A DNA stretch of 41,825 nucleotides from positions 1-41,825 of the IMG/VR virus record IMGVR_UViG_3300049477_000096; one strand, written 5' to 3'. A program made the translations under genes and the position numbers. Under the pieces are notes generated by a model that was not told where the DNA came from, searched no databases, and worked only from the letters and a program-made list of their open reading frames with translations. Position 1 is the first letter of the stretch. Each line of letters starts with the position of its first letter. This stretch comes from a virus. Lineage: Duplodnaviria > Caudoviricetes. This document shows, piece after piece, positions 18,867 through 28,802 of this stretch.

Positions 18867-20864
18867 CTACGGTAGTTGAAACTCAAGTACCACCATAAGA
18901 CCCTTCGGGGCGGTTGTGCTTACGCTATCAACGTCAATACGAAGTACATCATTGGTCGCAACGTCATCATATGTTCCATTTATCGTACCTACCGTACCAA
19001 CGGTTCCAGCAGAAGCGATACTAATTGCCCCAGAGAGCATGTCCTGTGCGTCGGTCTTGTTGTGAACCATCACCGTAGTTGCGTTTGTAGTACCAGCCGT
19101 TACCACAGTAGCCTGGGCGCGTACCAGGTTCATGCCGTTCAGGGCTTCTGGGATAGTGATGTACGCCTTACCGTCACCTGTCGTTACGTCAGTTGTACCA
19201 TCTGTCACCTGGATTGAGACTACCTTGCGCCCGAAGATGGTAGAGCCAGCAAGAGAGTCTGGGGTTACTGCAAGTGTTGTAGAGGTTCCTGTGGTTACTT
19301 CTGTATCTATGGTGAGTTCTACTTTACCTGCGGCAGTGGTTGAAGCGGCGCTTACGAGGTCGGTTACGTCTGTGTCTGCTGAAACCACTCCTGTGTCTGC
19401 GCGGAGAACGCCTGTGAGGGTTCCGAGCTTTACTGTGCCTGTTCCGTTAGGATTTATTGAGATTTGACCATCTGCACCATCTACTATCGTTATGTTTCCT
19501 GTAGTAGTGTTGCCTGTTTGGAGTATGAGGTCGGTGTTGTAATAACTAGATACTTTACCTGCGTTTGTACCATTTCCAACAGCAATACCATTAAGAGCAT
19601 CAAGATTTCCTGAAGTTCCAACCCACATTCTTCCATTTAGAGAACCACTGTTTTGTGTTGCGTAGTAAATAGCACCAATTTCAGCTCCATTTGTTGCATC
19701 TACTGCATACGCTTCAAGTTGAGCAAAGTTCCTTCTCACCCCCGTTGTGCTTTTTGCATCAAATTGTTGAGAACTTATAAGGTCGCCATTTGCCACATTT
19801 CCTGTTGCGTTAATATAAGTAACAAAATATGGGACATCAAGTAGAGATGTTGAGTTTGTCTCTATTGCGTAACCGTCTGTGATGTTGAGAACTACGGCAC
19901 TGTTATTATTCGTCACATCATTCTGCGTAATCGTAAGCCCCACCTTATTCTCCGCATCTGCTACTGTGATACCAAGTCCACCGTCAAACGTGAATCCCGC
20001 ATCTCCCTCTATCGTACCGTCACCTGTCCATACACCGATTTGGTTGTCTACTGGTGTGCCGACTTTAGATACGTTGCCTGAACCTGCGGGTGTTTGCCAA
20101 GAACACGTACCATCTCCATCTTCACGGAGGTACTTCACCGCGCCAGTTTCACCTGTCGAAAGGACAGCCGTGCCTTCTACGGAACTGACTGCGGGTGTTG
20201 CCCATGAGTTGTCTCCACGAAGGAAGTTTGAAGCTGACGGGGTTCCAGTAGCCGAGAGTTCTGTGACGCCAACTACTCCTGCGTCGATGTTCCAGGTTGC
20301 GCCGCTTCCTGAAACAGTAATGTCCCCCTTATCTCCGTCTGAAAGGCCTGAACCAGCGAGGTCTGAAGCAAGTGCCTTCTTTAAGTTGCCTGAATCATTG
20401 GTATCAGAGATGAGGATATAGTCCGTTCCTACCGCGGTAGCTAGGGTTTTCCCTGTGATGGCAGTCTTGTCAATCGTGAGTGCGCCTGACCCTGTGACGT
20501 CGCCAGTGTGGGTGGCGTTTGTTGTTACATCTCCCACATAGAGGAAGTTCCCATCTGTAACTGCGGTGTCGAACTGTGCTTTAGTTCCTGTTATACCTAC
20601 GATAGTGGTCTGGTCGCCTGAGTTTGTGCCTGTGAGGTTTGAGAGCTTGACTTTTTCTGCGTCTGTAACGTAGTTATCATCTGCACCAAGAACACCTGCG
20701 TAGAGCGTATCGAAATAGGTCTTGAGGGTAGCTTTGACGTTTGCCCAAGTAGTCTTGCGCGCGCGGTTGCTATCTGCGCTGTCGCCAATGACAACCACAT
20801 CCGCGTCTATCGGTGTCGTCTTTGCGTCGAGTCCATTCGGAAGTTGGTCTGCTGAATAAGCCAT
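18867..20864 (-). CDS. Tail fibre protein
   Basis: 665 aa, Gly/Thr/Asp-rich mosaic (NLTGTNSGDQ, HTGDVTGS, DGDKGDITVS, FLRGDNSWATP). Confidence 0.8.
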   Translation of the reverse strand: MAYSADQLPNGLDAKTTPIDADVVVIGDSADSNRARKTTWANVKATLKTYFDTLYAGVLGADDNYVTDAEKVKLSNLTGTNSGDQTTIVGITGTKAQFDTAVTDGNFLYVGDVTTNATHTGDVTGSGALTIDKTAITGKTLATAVGTDYILISDTNDSGNLKKALASDLAGSGLSDGDKGDITVSGSGATWNIDAGVVGVTELSATGTPSASNFLRGDNSWATPAVSSVEGTAVLSTGETGAVKYLREDGDGTCSWQTPAGSGNVSKVGTPVDNQIGVWTGDGTIEGDAGFTFDGGLGITVADAENKVGLTITQNDVTNNNSAVVLNITDGYAIETNSTSLLDVPYFVTYINATGNVANGDLISSQQFDAKSTTGVRRNFAQLEAYAVDATNGAEIGAIYYATQNSGSLNGRMWVGTSGNLDALNGIAVGNGTNAGKVSSYYNTDLILQTGNTTTGNITIVDGADGQISINPNGTGTVKLGTLTGVLRADTGVVSADTDVTDLVSAASTTAAGKVELTIDTEVTTGTSTTLAVTPDSLAGSTIFGRKVVSIQVTDGTTDVTTGDGKAYITIPEALNGMNLVRAQATVVTAGTTNATTVMVHNKTDAQDMLSGAISIASAGTVGTVGTINGTYDDVATNDVLRIDVDSVSTTAPKGLMVVLEFQLP

Positions 20865-20865
20865 A

Positions 20866-21057
20866 TTAGTTCTTGGTCACGTTAGTAAAGGTTGCGTCTG
20901 CTGGTTTGCTTGGTTCGGTCCACGTTGTTCCGTCTCCTGCTACCTGAATAAGTAATGAAAATCCATCTCCGATGAGGAGCTGGTACGTTCCCTCAATAAG
21001 CATGTCTTGGTCGTACACTATGCCGCCCGATTTCTCCTCTTCAGTCCACGTTGCCAT
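20866..21057 (-). CDS. Small tail-associated protein
   Basis: 63 aa between the adaptor and the fibre. Confidence 0.6.
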   Translation of the reverse strand: MATWTEEEKSGGIVYDQDMLIEGTYQLLIGDGFSLLIQVAGDGTTWTEPSKPADATFTNVTKN

Positions 21058-21058
21058 G

Positions 21059-21805
21059 TTAGCTATTATCGGTTATATCGTATACGGTTCCCATTGAGAG
21101 TAATACATCATCCTGCTTCCTTCCGTAGTATTGGCGCATAGCGTTCATGCGTTCATCGTAGAGAACCTTCAAACTCTTGGCGTTTTCAAGGCTTCGCATC
21201 GCTGCGTACTTCATTGAAGCTCCAAGGGGGAGAAGTTCGTGCCATGGGCGGTCTATGCCTGGTTCTTGTGTAGTGTCGGAAGTAGTGAAGTCATCTAGCT
21301 CACGGTAGAACTCAATGCGAATCTTTGCACCAGCCGCCACCTGTGCGGTGGTGGGGAGAGGGTATATCCATATCGTATCTGCCTTCACGTCGTAGGCTGG
21401 GGTCGTGTCGCCGAAGTTGGTGTCCTCTGTCGTAGTATTTCCAATCCCGTCACCGAAGCTCAATGAGTCGATAGGAGTGGCTTTGTAATAGTTTGCACCA
21501 TCGTAGGTAACATCCACCCGCTTTATCTTCAATATATTAAGTGAAGCAGGGAATGAATAATCGCGCTGTGAAGCCACTAAAGGAGTGGTAGCGATTGCGT
21601 AATCCAAGTGATTAGTGTCATCAAAGTCCCAGCTATCCTGGGAACGTAGTATTTCCATAACTACGTCGTAATACACCTCGTTTACGAGCGAGGTCATGTG
21701 AGCGAGAAGTGTCGTATCACCAGTAATTGCGCCGTCTGGTAGCCCAAGGGTGAACTCCACCCGCTGTAATATACCCGCTTTAGTCGTTGTGTTTGAGAAA
21801 ACCAT
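21059..21805 (-). CDS. Head-tail adaptor (P22 gp4 / T7 gp11-like)
   Basis: 248 aa; QRDYSFP, IWIYPLP, EPGIDRPWHELL; first gene of the tail operon. Confidence 0.65.
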   Translation of the reverse strand: MVFSNTTTKAGILQRVEFTLGLPDGAITGDTTLLAHMTSLVNEVYYDVVMEILRSQDSWDFDDTNHLDYAIATTPLVASQRDYSFPASLNILKIKRVDVTYDGANYYKATPIDSLSFGDGIGNTTTEDTNFGDTTPAYDVKADTIWIYPLPTTAQVAAGAKIRIEFYRELDDFTTSDTTQEPGIDRPWHELLPLGASMKYAAMRSLENAKSLKVLYDERMNAMRQYYGRKQDDVLLSMGTVYDITDNS

Positions 21806-21836
21806 GTTTTATGAGTGTTTTGCCACGCTTGTAAGC

Positions 21837-21845
21837 ATTATATCA
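21837..21845 (-). promoter_or_regulatory. Extended -10 TGATATAAT
   Basis: Intergenic, upstream of the adaptor gene. Confidence 0.6.
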
Positions 21846-21853
21846 CAATGAAA

Positions 21854-23428
21854 TTAGATGCTTATGTAGAGTGTTTCGCTTATTCGGTACAGGAACCGCC
21901 CAGTTGCTATGTCGTAGACGATTTTGGTTGGTGGCGTGACGCGGGCTAGGAGCGAATCAGTTGAATGTGAGACTGTTTGAGCACCTTCTGCCAAGTACGC
22001 ATCAGTTGTGTGTGTAGCCGTCTTTGTCTTCAGTAAGGCGCTATCCGTTGCATGTGAGAGCGTGCTGGTGGTCTTCAAGTAAGCGTCAGTACTGTGCTGT
22101 ACAGTGCTTTGCTGTGAGAGCGCAGAGTCCGTTGTGTGAGTTAGCTCGTTGGTTTTCAGGAGAGCAGAGTCCGTAGTGTGTACCTTTGTGTTGGTAGCTT
22201 GGAGGGCAGAATCCGTTGTATGAGTGACCGTGTATTGCGTAGAGGAAGTCTCAAGGTATGAGTCAGTTGTGTGAGTTAGCGTACTCTGCTTATACAGATA
22301 CGAGTCCGTGTTGTGCGTGAGCGTAGTCTGGTCGTAGAGGTATCCGTCTGTGGTGTGTGTGCGGGTGTTGGTTGCTTGCAACGCTGAATCCGTTGTATGC
22401 GTCTTGGTTTGTTGTGCAAAGAGGTACGAATCTGTCGTGTGCGTCAGTTCGTTTGTCTCCTTGAGCGCAGAATCGGTAGTATGAGTGAGGGTGCTCGTCT
22501 TTAAGAGAGCCGAATCGGTAGTGTGTGTCTTCGTATTAGTCTTCAACAGCGCAGAGTCAGTCGTGTGAGTTTTTGTCTGCTGGCTGTAGAGATACGAGTC
22601 AGTTGTATGCGTTAAGGTGTACTGTGTTGCGGCAACCTGCAAGTACGAGTCCGTGGTGTGAGTTGTGGTGTTTGTCTTGAGGAGTGCAGAGTCGGTTGTG
22701 TGAGTCTTAGTGGTCTGCGTAATCCCTGGTTTGAGTGCAACCGTAGTAGCAGTCCAAGTGTCTGCGGCATTGGTAGTTCCACCTGCGGAGATTGCGGCAG
22801 GGTTGTACGCTCCTGATGTCCAGCCTGTGTAGTAACCAGCGCCAGTCATTACGTCTGCCGTGTCTGCGGTTGTTCCACCAAGCCAGTCGGTAGCGAAGTC
22901 TGTCGGGGCAGTATACGCGGCACCAGTTCCAGCGGCAGAAGCGTAGAAAGCCAATATCCAAGCACCTGCGGTGTTTGGAGTGATAGCGGCAGGGTCTGGT
23001 CTACCCGTACCCGTGCCAGTGGCATAGGTAGCGGTCTGGTCCATTGGGGTAGTAGAGTCCACCCCTCTAAAAACATGCACTACCCACCTCTGGGCGTTAC
23101 GAATACTCCCCGATGAGGGAATGGTTATTGTGGTATCAACTGTACCGCCTTGTATTTTGTAGCTTACTCTTTGGTAGGTATCGTACGTGGTAGCAACAAC
23201 AGAAGATTGTGCGGTAAGTCCTGTATAAGCCCCGTTGTTATTGCCAGAGATGTCTTGGCTTGGTGCTGCTGTGGTATCTGCACCTGCGGCACATAAGACA
23301 ATAACAAGGTCACCTGCGGAGGGAGAAGTATCGGAGCCACCCGTGAGGGTGGTACTCAAAGACTGCGTGGTGGTTGATGTGCTACCTGCGCGACCTCCCT
23401 GTACTCCTCCAACATAGGTGATTGCCAT
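21854..23428 (-). CDS. Fibre-like protein with 18 His/Thr-rich ~14-aa repeats
   Basis: N-terminal globular beta domain, then TxTHTTDS(A/Y)L repeats. Confidence 0.8.
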   Translation of the reverse strand: MAITYVGGVQGGRAGSTSTTTQSLSTTLTGGSDTSPSAGDLVIVLCAAGADTTAAPSQDISGNNNGAYTGLTAQSSVVATTYDTYQRVSYKIQGGTVDTTITIPSSGSIRNAQRWVVHVFRGVDSTTPMDQTATYATGTGTGRPDPAAITPNTAGAWILAFYASAAGTGAAYTAPTDFATDWLGGTTADTADVMTGAGYYTGWTSGAYNPAAISAGGTTNAADTWTATTVALKPGITQTTKTHTTDSALLKTNTTTHTTDSYLQVAATQYTLTHTTDSYLYSQQTKTHTTDSALLKTNTKTHTTDSALLKTSTLTHTTDSALKETNELTHTTDSYLFAQQTKTHTTDSALQATNTRTHTTDGYLYDQTTLTHNTDSYLYKQSTLTHTTDSYLETSSTQYTVTHTTDSALQATNTKVHTTDSALLKTNELTHTTDSALSQQSTVQHSTDAYLKTTSTLSHATDSALLKTKTATHTTDAYLAEGAQTVSHSTDSLLARVTPPTKIVYDIATGRFLYRISETLYISI

Positions 23429-23431
23429 ATT

Positions 23432-23797
23432 TTATTCAAAATCTAGGAACGCTGGTGTATCAAACCAGCCGTCCCGCCAGCCGTCTATTACTTCAATCGT
23501 GTTTAGATGTTCAAACGCACAGACGATTGACTGCACGTTCTCTCCGTTTACGGTCTTCTGCCAGCCAGCGAGGTGAAGAATGGTCTTCTCTCCCCCTGGG
23601 CGTAGCTCTATCCTTCTGCGGTAAATGAGTCGTTTGTCTGGTGAGATGTGTATACGGGCTAGGATATTGCCATCACGCACAAGAGAAAACGCCGTTAGCC
23701 GTGAACGGTCTATGTCTGCGTATTTGTTTTCGGAGCCGTCCTCGTTGTATTGAGGGAGCGACTCATCGCTGTAATGGGCGAGCCAAGTCGTGTTCAT
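23432..23797 (-). CDS. Hypothetical protein, possible fibre chaperone
   Basis: 121 aa immediately upstream of the repeat fibre. Confidence 0.7.
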   Translation of the reverse strand: MNTTWLAHYSDESLPQYNEDGSENKYADIDRSRLTAFSLVRDGNILARIHISPDKRLIYRRRIELRPGGEKTILHLAGWQKTVNGENVQSIVCAFEHLNTIEVIDGWRDGWFDTPAFLDFE

Positions 23798-23814
23798 GGT
23801 ATTGAACAGTTAAG

Positions 23815-24294
23815 TTAGCCATATATCTCTTGTAATGCCTCTAGTTGTGCGCCCTTATTCTTCGTCTTGCTGTAAGGGTTTAGCGTGTGGGCTATGTTGA
23901 CCATTTTTGTTGCACGTTCCTTATCCCACATACGTTCTCCACCGTGCTTGTTTACACCACTGGGAGATTTGTAAAGGTCAAGTGCGGAAAGGAAGTTTTC
24001 TGCAATCGCCTTCTTTATGACGAGGTGGGGCAACAACATCTTGGTTGCATACCTAACACCCCCCCTTGTACCCAACGACCACCGTGACATGCCATCGTCA
24101 TACTTATATACAGTTCCTCCGTAGAGTGACACCATCTCGTCAAGCACATGTGCGCCATATTTCAGCGTCATTGTCATGCGAACAGAAAACAGGAGCGAAG
24201 GAACACCTTTGTAGTAGCGTTTCTGCACCTGGATAGAGAAAGAACCTTCTCCGTCAAACAATCCTGCAAAGTATGAGTGTCTATCACTTGACAT
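23815..24294 (-). mobile_element. Free-standing single-motif LAGLIDADG homing endonuclease
   Basis: YFAGLFDGEGSFSI and LPHLVIKK motifs. Confidence 0.9.
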
Positions 24295-24309
24295 ACCTAA
24301 TAAGTGTGC

Positions 24310-24849
24310 TCAAACCTCGTCATATCTCCATGAGAGCGTCTCTGCGCCTGTGGCTCCGCTGGCTGCTGTAGTTCCGACTTCAATCTGATACACCACTCGG
24401 TCACCGAATTGTCCTGTTGCACTTGAAGAAGCAGAACCTGTGACGGACATAGGTGAACCTGTCGTGTAGGTGAAAGCGTTAGCGTTACCAAGTGTGAAGG
24501 TGCCGTAGTTTCCTGCGGTAAGTTCAAGACCTGTTGTGCCTGGCGTTCCTGATGCCTGTGTGTAGCCCGTTGCTGTGCCTACCCTTGCGGTAACACCAGT
24601 GCCAAGACCGTTACCACCGTCTGTAAACCATTTAAGGTTGTTTACCGTGGTGTACGTTCCTGCGGTGATGTCTAAGCGAGTTACTACCCAATACGAATAA
24701 TTTGTACCTGCTGCGGGGATTTGAATTGGGTTCGTTGTCCCTGCCGTGGTGTGCGCGTCTTCTGCGTTCGCACGTGTGTTTATGCTAGTGATGTCGGTTG
24801 CAGTTGGACCTGCTCCCGTCAATCGCCGTATTAGTACTGTCGCTGCCAT
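24310..24849 (-). CDS. Virion structural protein (Thr/Gly/Ala-rich beta-sandwich)
   Basis: 179 aa; composition and position in the head module. Confidence 0.65.
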   Translation of the reverse strand: MAATVLIRRLTGAGPTATDITSINTRANAEDAHTTAGTTNPIQIPAAGTNYSYWVVTRLDITAGTYTTVNNLKWFTDGGNGLGTGVTARVGTATGYTQASGTPGTTGLELTAGNYGTFTLGNANAFTYTTGSPMSVTGSASSSATGQFGDRVVYQIEVGTTAASGATGAETLSWRYDEV

Positions 24850-24856
24850 GATTTAT

Positions 24857-25174
24857 TTAGTTATAAGTAAGTGACGCCCTATCGTCCCAGACGTTATTAA
24901 AGTCTGTATCTCCATCAGCCCACGTAATGACTGTTCCGCTTGATGCGTCAATCTTGCGGATGCGCCATACTGCGCCTGATGTAGCAGAGCCTACTGTCGC
25001 CTCCCCAATGTAGGTAACAGGGGCTTGCTCATCTATTCTGACGGCTAGGGTGGTGGTGACTTCTCGCGTAAGGGAACCATCTGGGTCTGAAATGAAGTTA
25101 GATACACGTTTCACGCGAAACACTGGGTCGTGTTCCTCCTTGGCTACAAAGTTACCGTAATCACCTTTAGGCAT
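24857..25174 (-). CDS. Conserved phage virion-associated protein
   Basis: YIGEA..GS..SGAVWRIRKI...ITWADGD..FNNVWDDRASLTY. Confidence 0.7.
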   Translation of the reverse strand: MPKGDYGNFVAKEEHDPVFRVKRVSNFISDPDGSLTREVTTTLAVRIDEQAPVTYIGEATVGSATSGAVWRIRKIDASSGTVITWADGDTDFNNVWDDRASLTYN

Positions 25175-25175
25175 A

Positions 25176-25514
25176 TTATTGTTCGTATTGCTGGCGCTGT
25201 TTCTCTAATCCTGACATGGAATCCATGAGCTTCAGGTAATTATACACCCTCTGCACACGCTTCTCGCCCAATGGCGTAGCGCCTATCTTCTTCTCAACTC
25301 CACGTAGGTAGAGAAGGACATCAACCATCTCATGCATATCATCTCCAACGCTCATGCGGTATATGTCATTGAGCATTTTCATTTCTTCAGGAGTTGGGAT
25401 TTCTATACCAAAGAAACCACGCAGAGACTGTAGGTTCAGTTCTGAATGGGCGATTGGCGGGGCGTCAGGAACTTCCTGACTTTCAAGGTCTCTGCGTGGT
25501 TCTATTTTGTCCAT
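25176..25514 (-). CDS. Hypothetical protein
   Basis: 112-aa ORF overlapping the FkbM stop. Confidence 0.7.
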   Translation of the reverse strand: MDKIEPRRDLESQEVPDAPPIAHSELNLQSLRGFFGIEIPTPEEMKMLNDIYRMSVGDDMHEMVDVLLYLRGVEKKIGATPLGEKRVQRVYNYLKLMDSMSGLEKQRQQYEQ

Positions 25515-26170
25515 AGGGTGTTTCGTAGCAGTACATCTACCTGTACCTTCTTATTACCGAAACAATGCCCGCCGTCAGTGGGACCAATAGTGTCATACAT
25601 CTTCCAGCCATTGTCTCTCGTATATTGTAACACGTCGTCAATAAGTGGTGCGCCGATGTTGTAATCCTGAAATGACAGCTCAAGAAGGAGCCACTTCGCC
25701 CTTGAAACGACGTTCGCTCCACCCATCAAAATATCCAGTTCGGAGCCTTGTGTGTCTATTTTAATGAAGTCAAACGCTCTGTCGGGGAACTCATGGTCGA
25801 GCGTGGTGATTTCCTTGTTCTCTTCAATGCAGTTGTTGAAGAAGGCGGTATTCTCTTTGTAGAGGCTGGAACCACCACCTATCTCCGAGTTGCGGTCAAT
25901 GTAGAAGGTTTGCATCCCAGGTTTTGCGCCGAGACACTTGTAGTGTGTTTCCCACCTATATCGTGAGAGGAAGTAGGCGTCGCGGGAGTTACATTCTACT
26001 GCAACTATTTCAGCGTTTGGGTAGAAGCGAGTGAGGTAGCCAGAGAAGTGTCCGTGTGCTGCGCCAACGTCTAGGACGGAGTTTATTTCTTCTCCTTGTG
26101 AAAGAAGCCGCTCAAACATCCAGCGCATATATCCAACGGCGACCTCTGGGGTTGGGCTATCGTAGTTCAT
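25502..26170 (-). CDS. FkbM-family SAM-dependent methyltransferase
   Basis: VLDVGAAHG, FIKIDTQGSELDILMGG, QVDVLL. Confidence 0.9.
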   Translation of the reverse strand: MNYDSPTPEVAVGYMRWMFERLLSQGEEINSVLDVGAAHGHFSGYLTRFYPNAEIVAVECNSRDAYFLSRYRWETHYKCLGAKPGMQTFYIDRNSEIGGGSSLYKENTAFFNNCIEENKEITTLDHEFPDRAFDFIKIDTQGSELDILMGGANVVSRAKWLLLELSFQDYNIGAPLIDDVLQYTRDNGWKMYDTIGPTDGGHCFGNKKVQVDVLLRNTLWTK

Positions 26171-28430
26171 GGTCCCAGGTGTTAGCTACCTCATCCCAAT
26201 CAAACTGCTTCGCAACTTCCTTTATATCATCACGGTAGACCTCATTAGTGAGTCGGTGGATAATCTCATCTTTGAACATCTCCCTAACCTTCTCTGTCTT
26301 TGGGTCGCCTGATATCTCCATGCCTGACTGCTGTACTTCTTCAAGCGCCGCAAATCCTGTGGTGACTGCCCACACGCCCGCAGCTTGCATCTCACACGCG
26401 GTAATACAATGGATTTCTGGGAACTCCGTCATGTACACCCACAGGCTTGAGGAGAGCATCTCCTTCGCCAATTCCTTCTGTCCTACACGTCCACGGGTTA
26501 TTACTCCTGGTTGCTGTAGTTTGCGTTGCATGTTCTGCATCCATTCCATCGCGGCGGGGTTGTCTTTCTGAAGGGCAAAGAATGTCTCCCAGCCATAAAA
26601 GACATGGAGTTCTGCGTCAGGTACTTCCTTCCTAACGTCAGACCAAATCTCAAGCAGGTTCTCCAAACCCCTGTTTGGGGCGGAGGAATAGATTATCTTC
26701 TTTGGGTTACGCTCAACCTCTTGGTCAAAACGGGTGAGGTCAATGCCGTTGCCGACAATGACAAACTTCTCATCGGGGACTGACGGCAGAAGATTGCGGT
26801 GGTAGTTTGTCTTTACGAAGATTTTATCCACACGGGCGATACGCTCTGGTGTGAACTCTGCCTCGTTTGGTACATCGTGAAGGTCGAGTATGAGCTTGCG
26901 TGTCTTCCACTGTATCTGTAATAGTGATGGTTGGCGCCAGAGCCAGAGGACATCAAACTCATCATCCTTATTGAACTGCCAGTAGTTCTTGTAAAGAACA
27001 CCATCAACCGTTGTTCCTTGCGCGGGGGAGTTGCATTGGTTATACACGGTCACATTCCACCCCTTCATTACAAGCCTCTTGGCTAATTCAATCACCGCTG
27101 TTTCACTCCCGCCTATTCCTTTGGTGTTTTCGCTTCCTGGGAGCCACGCTTCCGCGGTAGGTCCGCAGTAGATAACGATGGAGTCCTTATCCCAAACCTT
27201 CTTCTTTACCACTAGTGAAAGTAGGCGCGGGTCGTCTTTTATATCATTCGGTATAATGTCGTACACAGCGTCAACCTTTGATGGTTCGTATACTTGATAC
27301 CACTTGAGTAACGTAACGAACGTCTTGGTCATGCTCTCGTCTCCCGACATCTTTGTTGTTACTTTCAGAAGTTCCTGAACATGCTTGTTGTGTTTGTCTT
27401 CCTTCTCTGCAAGCTTTGCATATTCGTGTGCGTCGTGGTTTTTTCCGAGGTTGAGACAACAGACTGAAGCCATCATGTAGAGGTCGCGTCCGAGTAGTGT
27501 TGGCAGATGCATGATACCTGGCTTGGGGTCGGGGAGTGTGCGTGCGATATGCAACAGTGTGAGAGCTTCCTTGTATTTCTCTTCACCAAAGTACAATCTG
27601 GCTTTGAGAACGTAGGCTTTAGGACAGCGTTCGTCTTCGAGGAGGGCATCTCCGTATGCTTGGTACGCCTCCTTGCGGAGACCGAGCTTCTCATAGCACT
27701 CTCCCATTAAGCATTTGGCTTCATAACGCTCTTCGTCCCACCCGCTTGTGGTTATGAAATACGAAAGAGCCTTGAGCGCGTCTTCAAAGCGATTGAGTCC
27801 TAGGTAGGTTCTGCCGAGGTAGATGTAGGTGCGAGGTTCTTCTGGGTTGCGCTCCCTCTCTTTTTCGAGGATACGCAGGTTACGTTCAAAGTGTTCGTTG
27901 TTCTCTTTCTTTGTCACTGTGTGAACGCGGCGTGCTTTATCCCTGCCGATTTGCGCCCAATGACACATACGCTTCTGAATAAGGTCTTCGTGTATCGCCC
28001 CTACCCAGTGCGTAGAGCCGTCGTTCTTTACGAGCTGTGTCTTCCAGTGACCGTCAATGACAGTCCCGTTGTCGTCGTGTCCATATTCATAGAACATTTG
28101 CAGTCCGTTTACTGCAACGCTTTCAGCGATTTCTACGTTCTCGCGCAATACTTCGCCACCAGCAACGATGTCGTCAGCGTCGAGCCATAGAATCCAGTCC
28201 CACGTACATTGGGAGAAGTTGTAATTGCGAGCGGCTGCAAAATCGTCAACCCACTCGAAGTGAGATACCTTTACGTTATGACGTTTGCATACCTCCTCGA
28301 CTTTCTTATTTTTCCCTGTTATGGTCACGCATACTTCATCAACAAATGAACCTACTGATGTAAGGCAGTTGTTGAGTTTGCGTGCCTCGTCGTCAGTTGG
28401 AGCGACGATAAGCGCAAGTGATAATTTCAT
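26157..28430 (-). CDS. Bifunctional glycosyltransferase: GT2 - TPR - GT4/GT-B
   Basis: DDFAAARN...WILWLDADD...IHE (GT2); TPR helices; GIGGSETAV, YSSAPNRGL, EIHCITACEMQAAG (GT-B). Start MKLSLAL is coupled to the upstream stop. Confidence 0.9.
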   Translation of the reverse strand: MKLSLALIVAPTDDEARKLNNCLTSVGSFVDEVCVTITGKNKKVEEVCKRHNVKVSHFEWVDDFAAARNYNFSQCTWDWILWLDADDIVAGGEVLRENVEIAESVAVNGLQMFYEYGHDDNGTVIDGHWKTQLVKNDGSTHWVGAIHEDLIQKRMCHWAQIGRDKARRVHTVTKKENNEHFERNLRILEKERERNPEEPRTYIYLGRTYLGLNRFEDALKALSYFITTSGWDEERYEAKCLMGECYEKLGLRKEAYQAYGDALLEDERCPKAYVLKARLYFGEEKYKEALTLLHIARTLPDPKPGIMHLPTLLGRDLYMMASVCCLNLGKNHDAHEYAKLAEKEDKHNKHVQELLKVTTKMSGDESMTKTFVTLLKWYQVYEPSKVDAVYDIIPNDIKDDPRLLSLVVKKKVWDKDSIVIYCGPTAEAWLPGSENTKGIGGSETAVIELAKRLVMKGWNVTVYNQCNSPAQGTTVDGVLYKNYWQFNKDDEFDVLWLWRQPSLLQIQWKTRKLILDLHDVPNEAEFTPERIARVDKIFVKTNYHRNLLPSVPDEKFVIVGNGIDLTRFDQEVERNPKKIIYSSAPNRGLENLLEIWSDVRKEVPDAELHVFYGWETFFALQKDNPAAMEWMQNMQRKLQQPGVITRGRVGQKELAKEMLSSSLWVYMTEFPEIHCITACEMQAAGVWAVTTGFAALEEVQQSGMEISGDPKTEKVREMFKDEIIHRLTNEVYRDDIKEVAKQFDWDEVANTWDHELR

Positions 28431-28801
28431 ACGTGTTCGCAAGTAGTAAAGCCCTTATATTTCTTCATAAACATACGAAGTTTTCGGTTATCATCGAACA
28501 GGTCGGGCATTACCTGTTGGAGCTTGAAATACAAACCAACGGGGATTGAGAGTCCCCATCGCATTGTCTTTGAACTATTGGAGCCAGTTTTGCTCTTGTT
28601 AGTCTTCCGTACCATTTCATTCTGAATGAGTTGAGCCTGTATCTCCATAGGATGTATCTGTGCGTATTCTGTAACAACCGTATGTATCGCGTTCCATGAG
28701 TCGATACCATCCATTCCCGTAACGTCGACAACATAGAGACCCGATATGGCTCCATCCTTGTCGAGAACCCAATGTTCTTCTTTTTCGTTGTTGTGAGTCA
28801 T
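28427..28801 (-). CDS. Hypothetical protein downstream of the capsid gene
   Basis: 124-aa ORF. Confidence 0.7.
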   Translation of the reverse strand: MTHNNEKEEHWVLDKDGAISGLYVVDVTGMDGIDSWNAIHTVVTEYAQIHPMEIQAQLIQNEMVRKTNKSKTGSNSSKTMRWGLSIPVGLYFKLQQVMPDLFDDNRKLRMFMKKYKGFTTCEHV

Positions 28802-28802
28802 T

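Noticed and set aside
21945-22712. CRISPR-like or non-coding repeat array
   Set aside because: The ~42-bp periodicity is explained by the protein repeat; third codon positions vary.
23798-24309. Group I intron or intein around the LAGLIDADG gene
   Set aside because: Flanks are only 15-17 nt, neighbouring genes look complete, and the ORF has its own start and stop.
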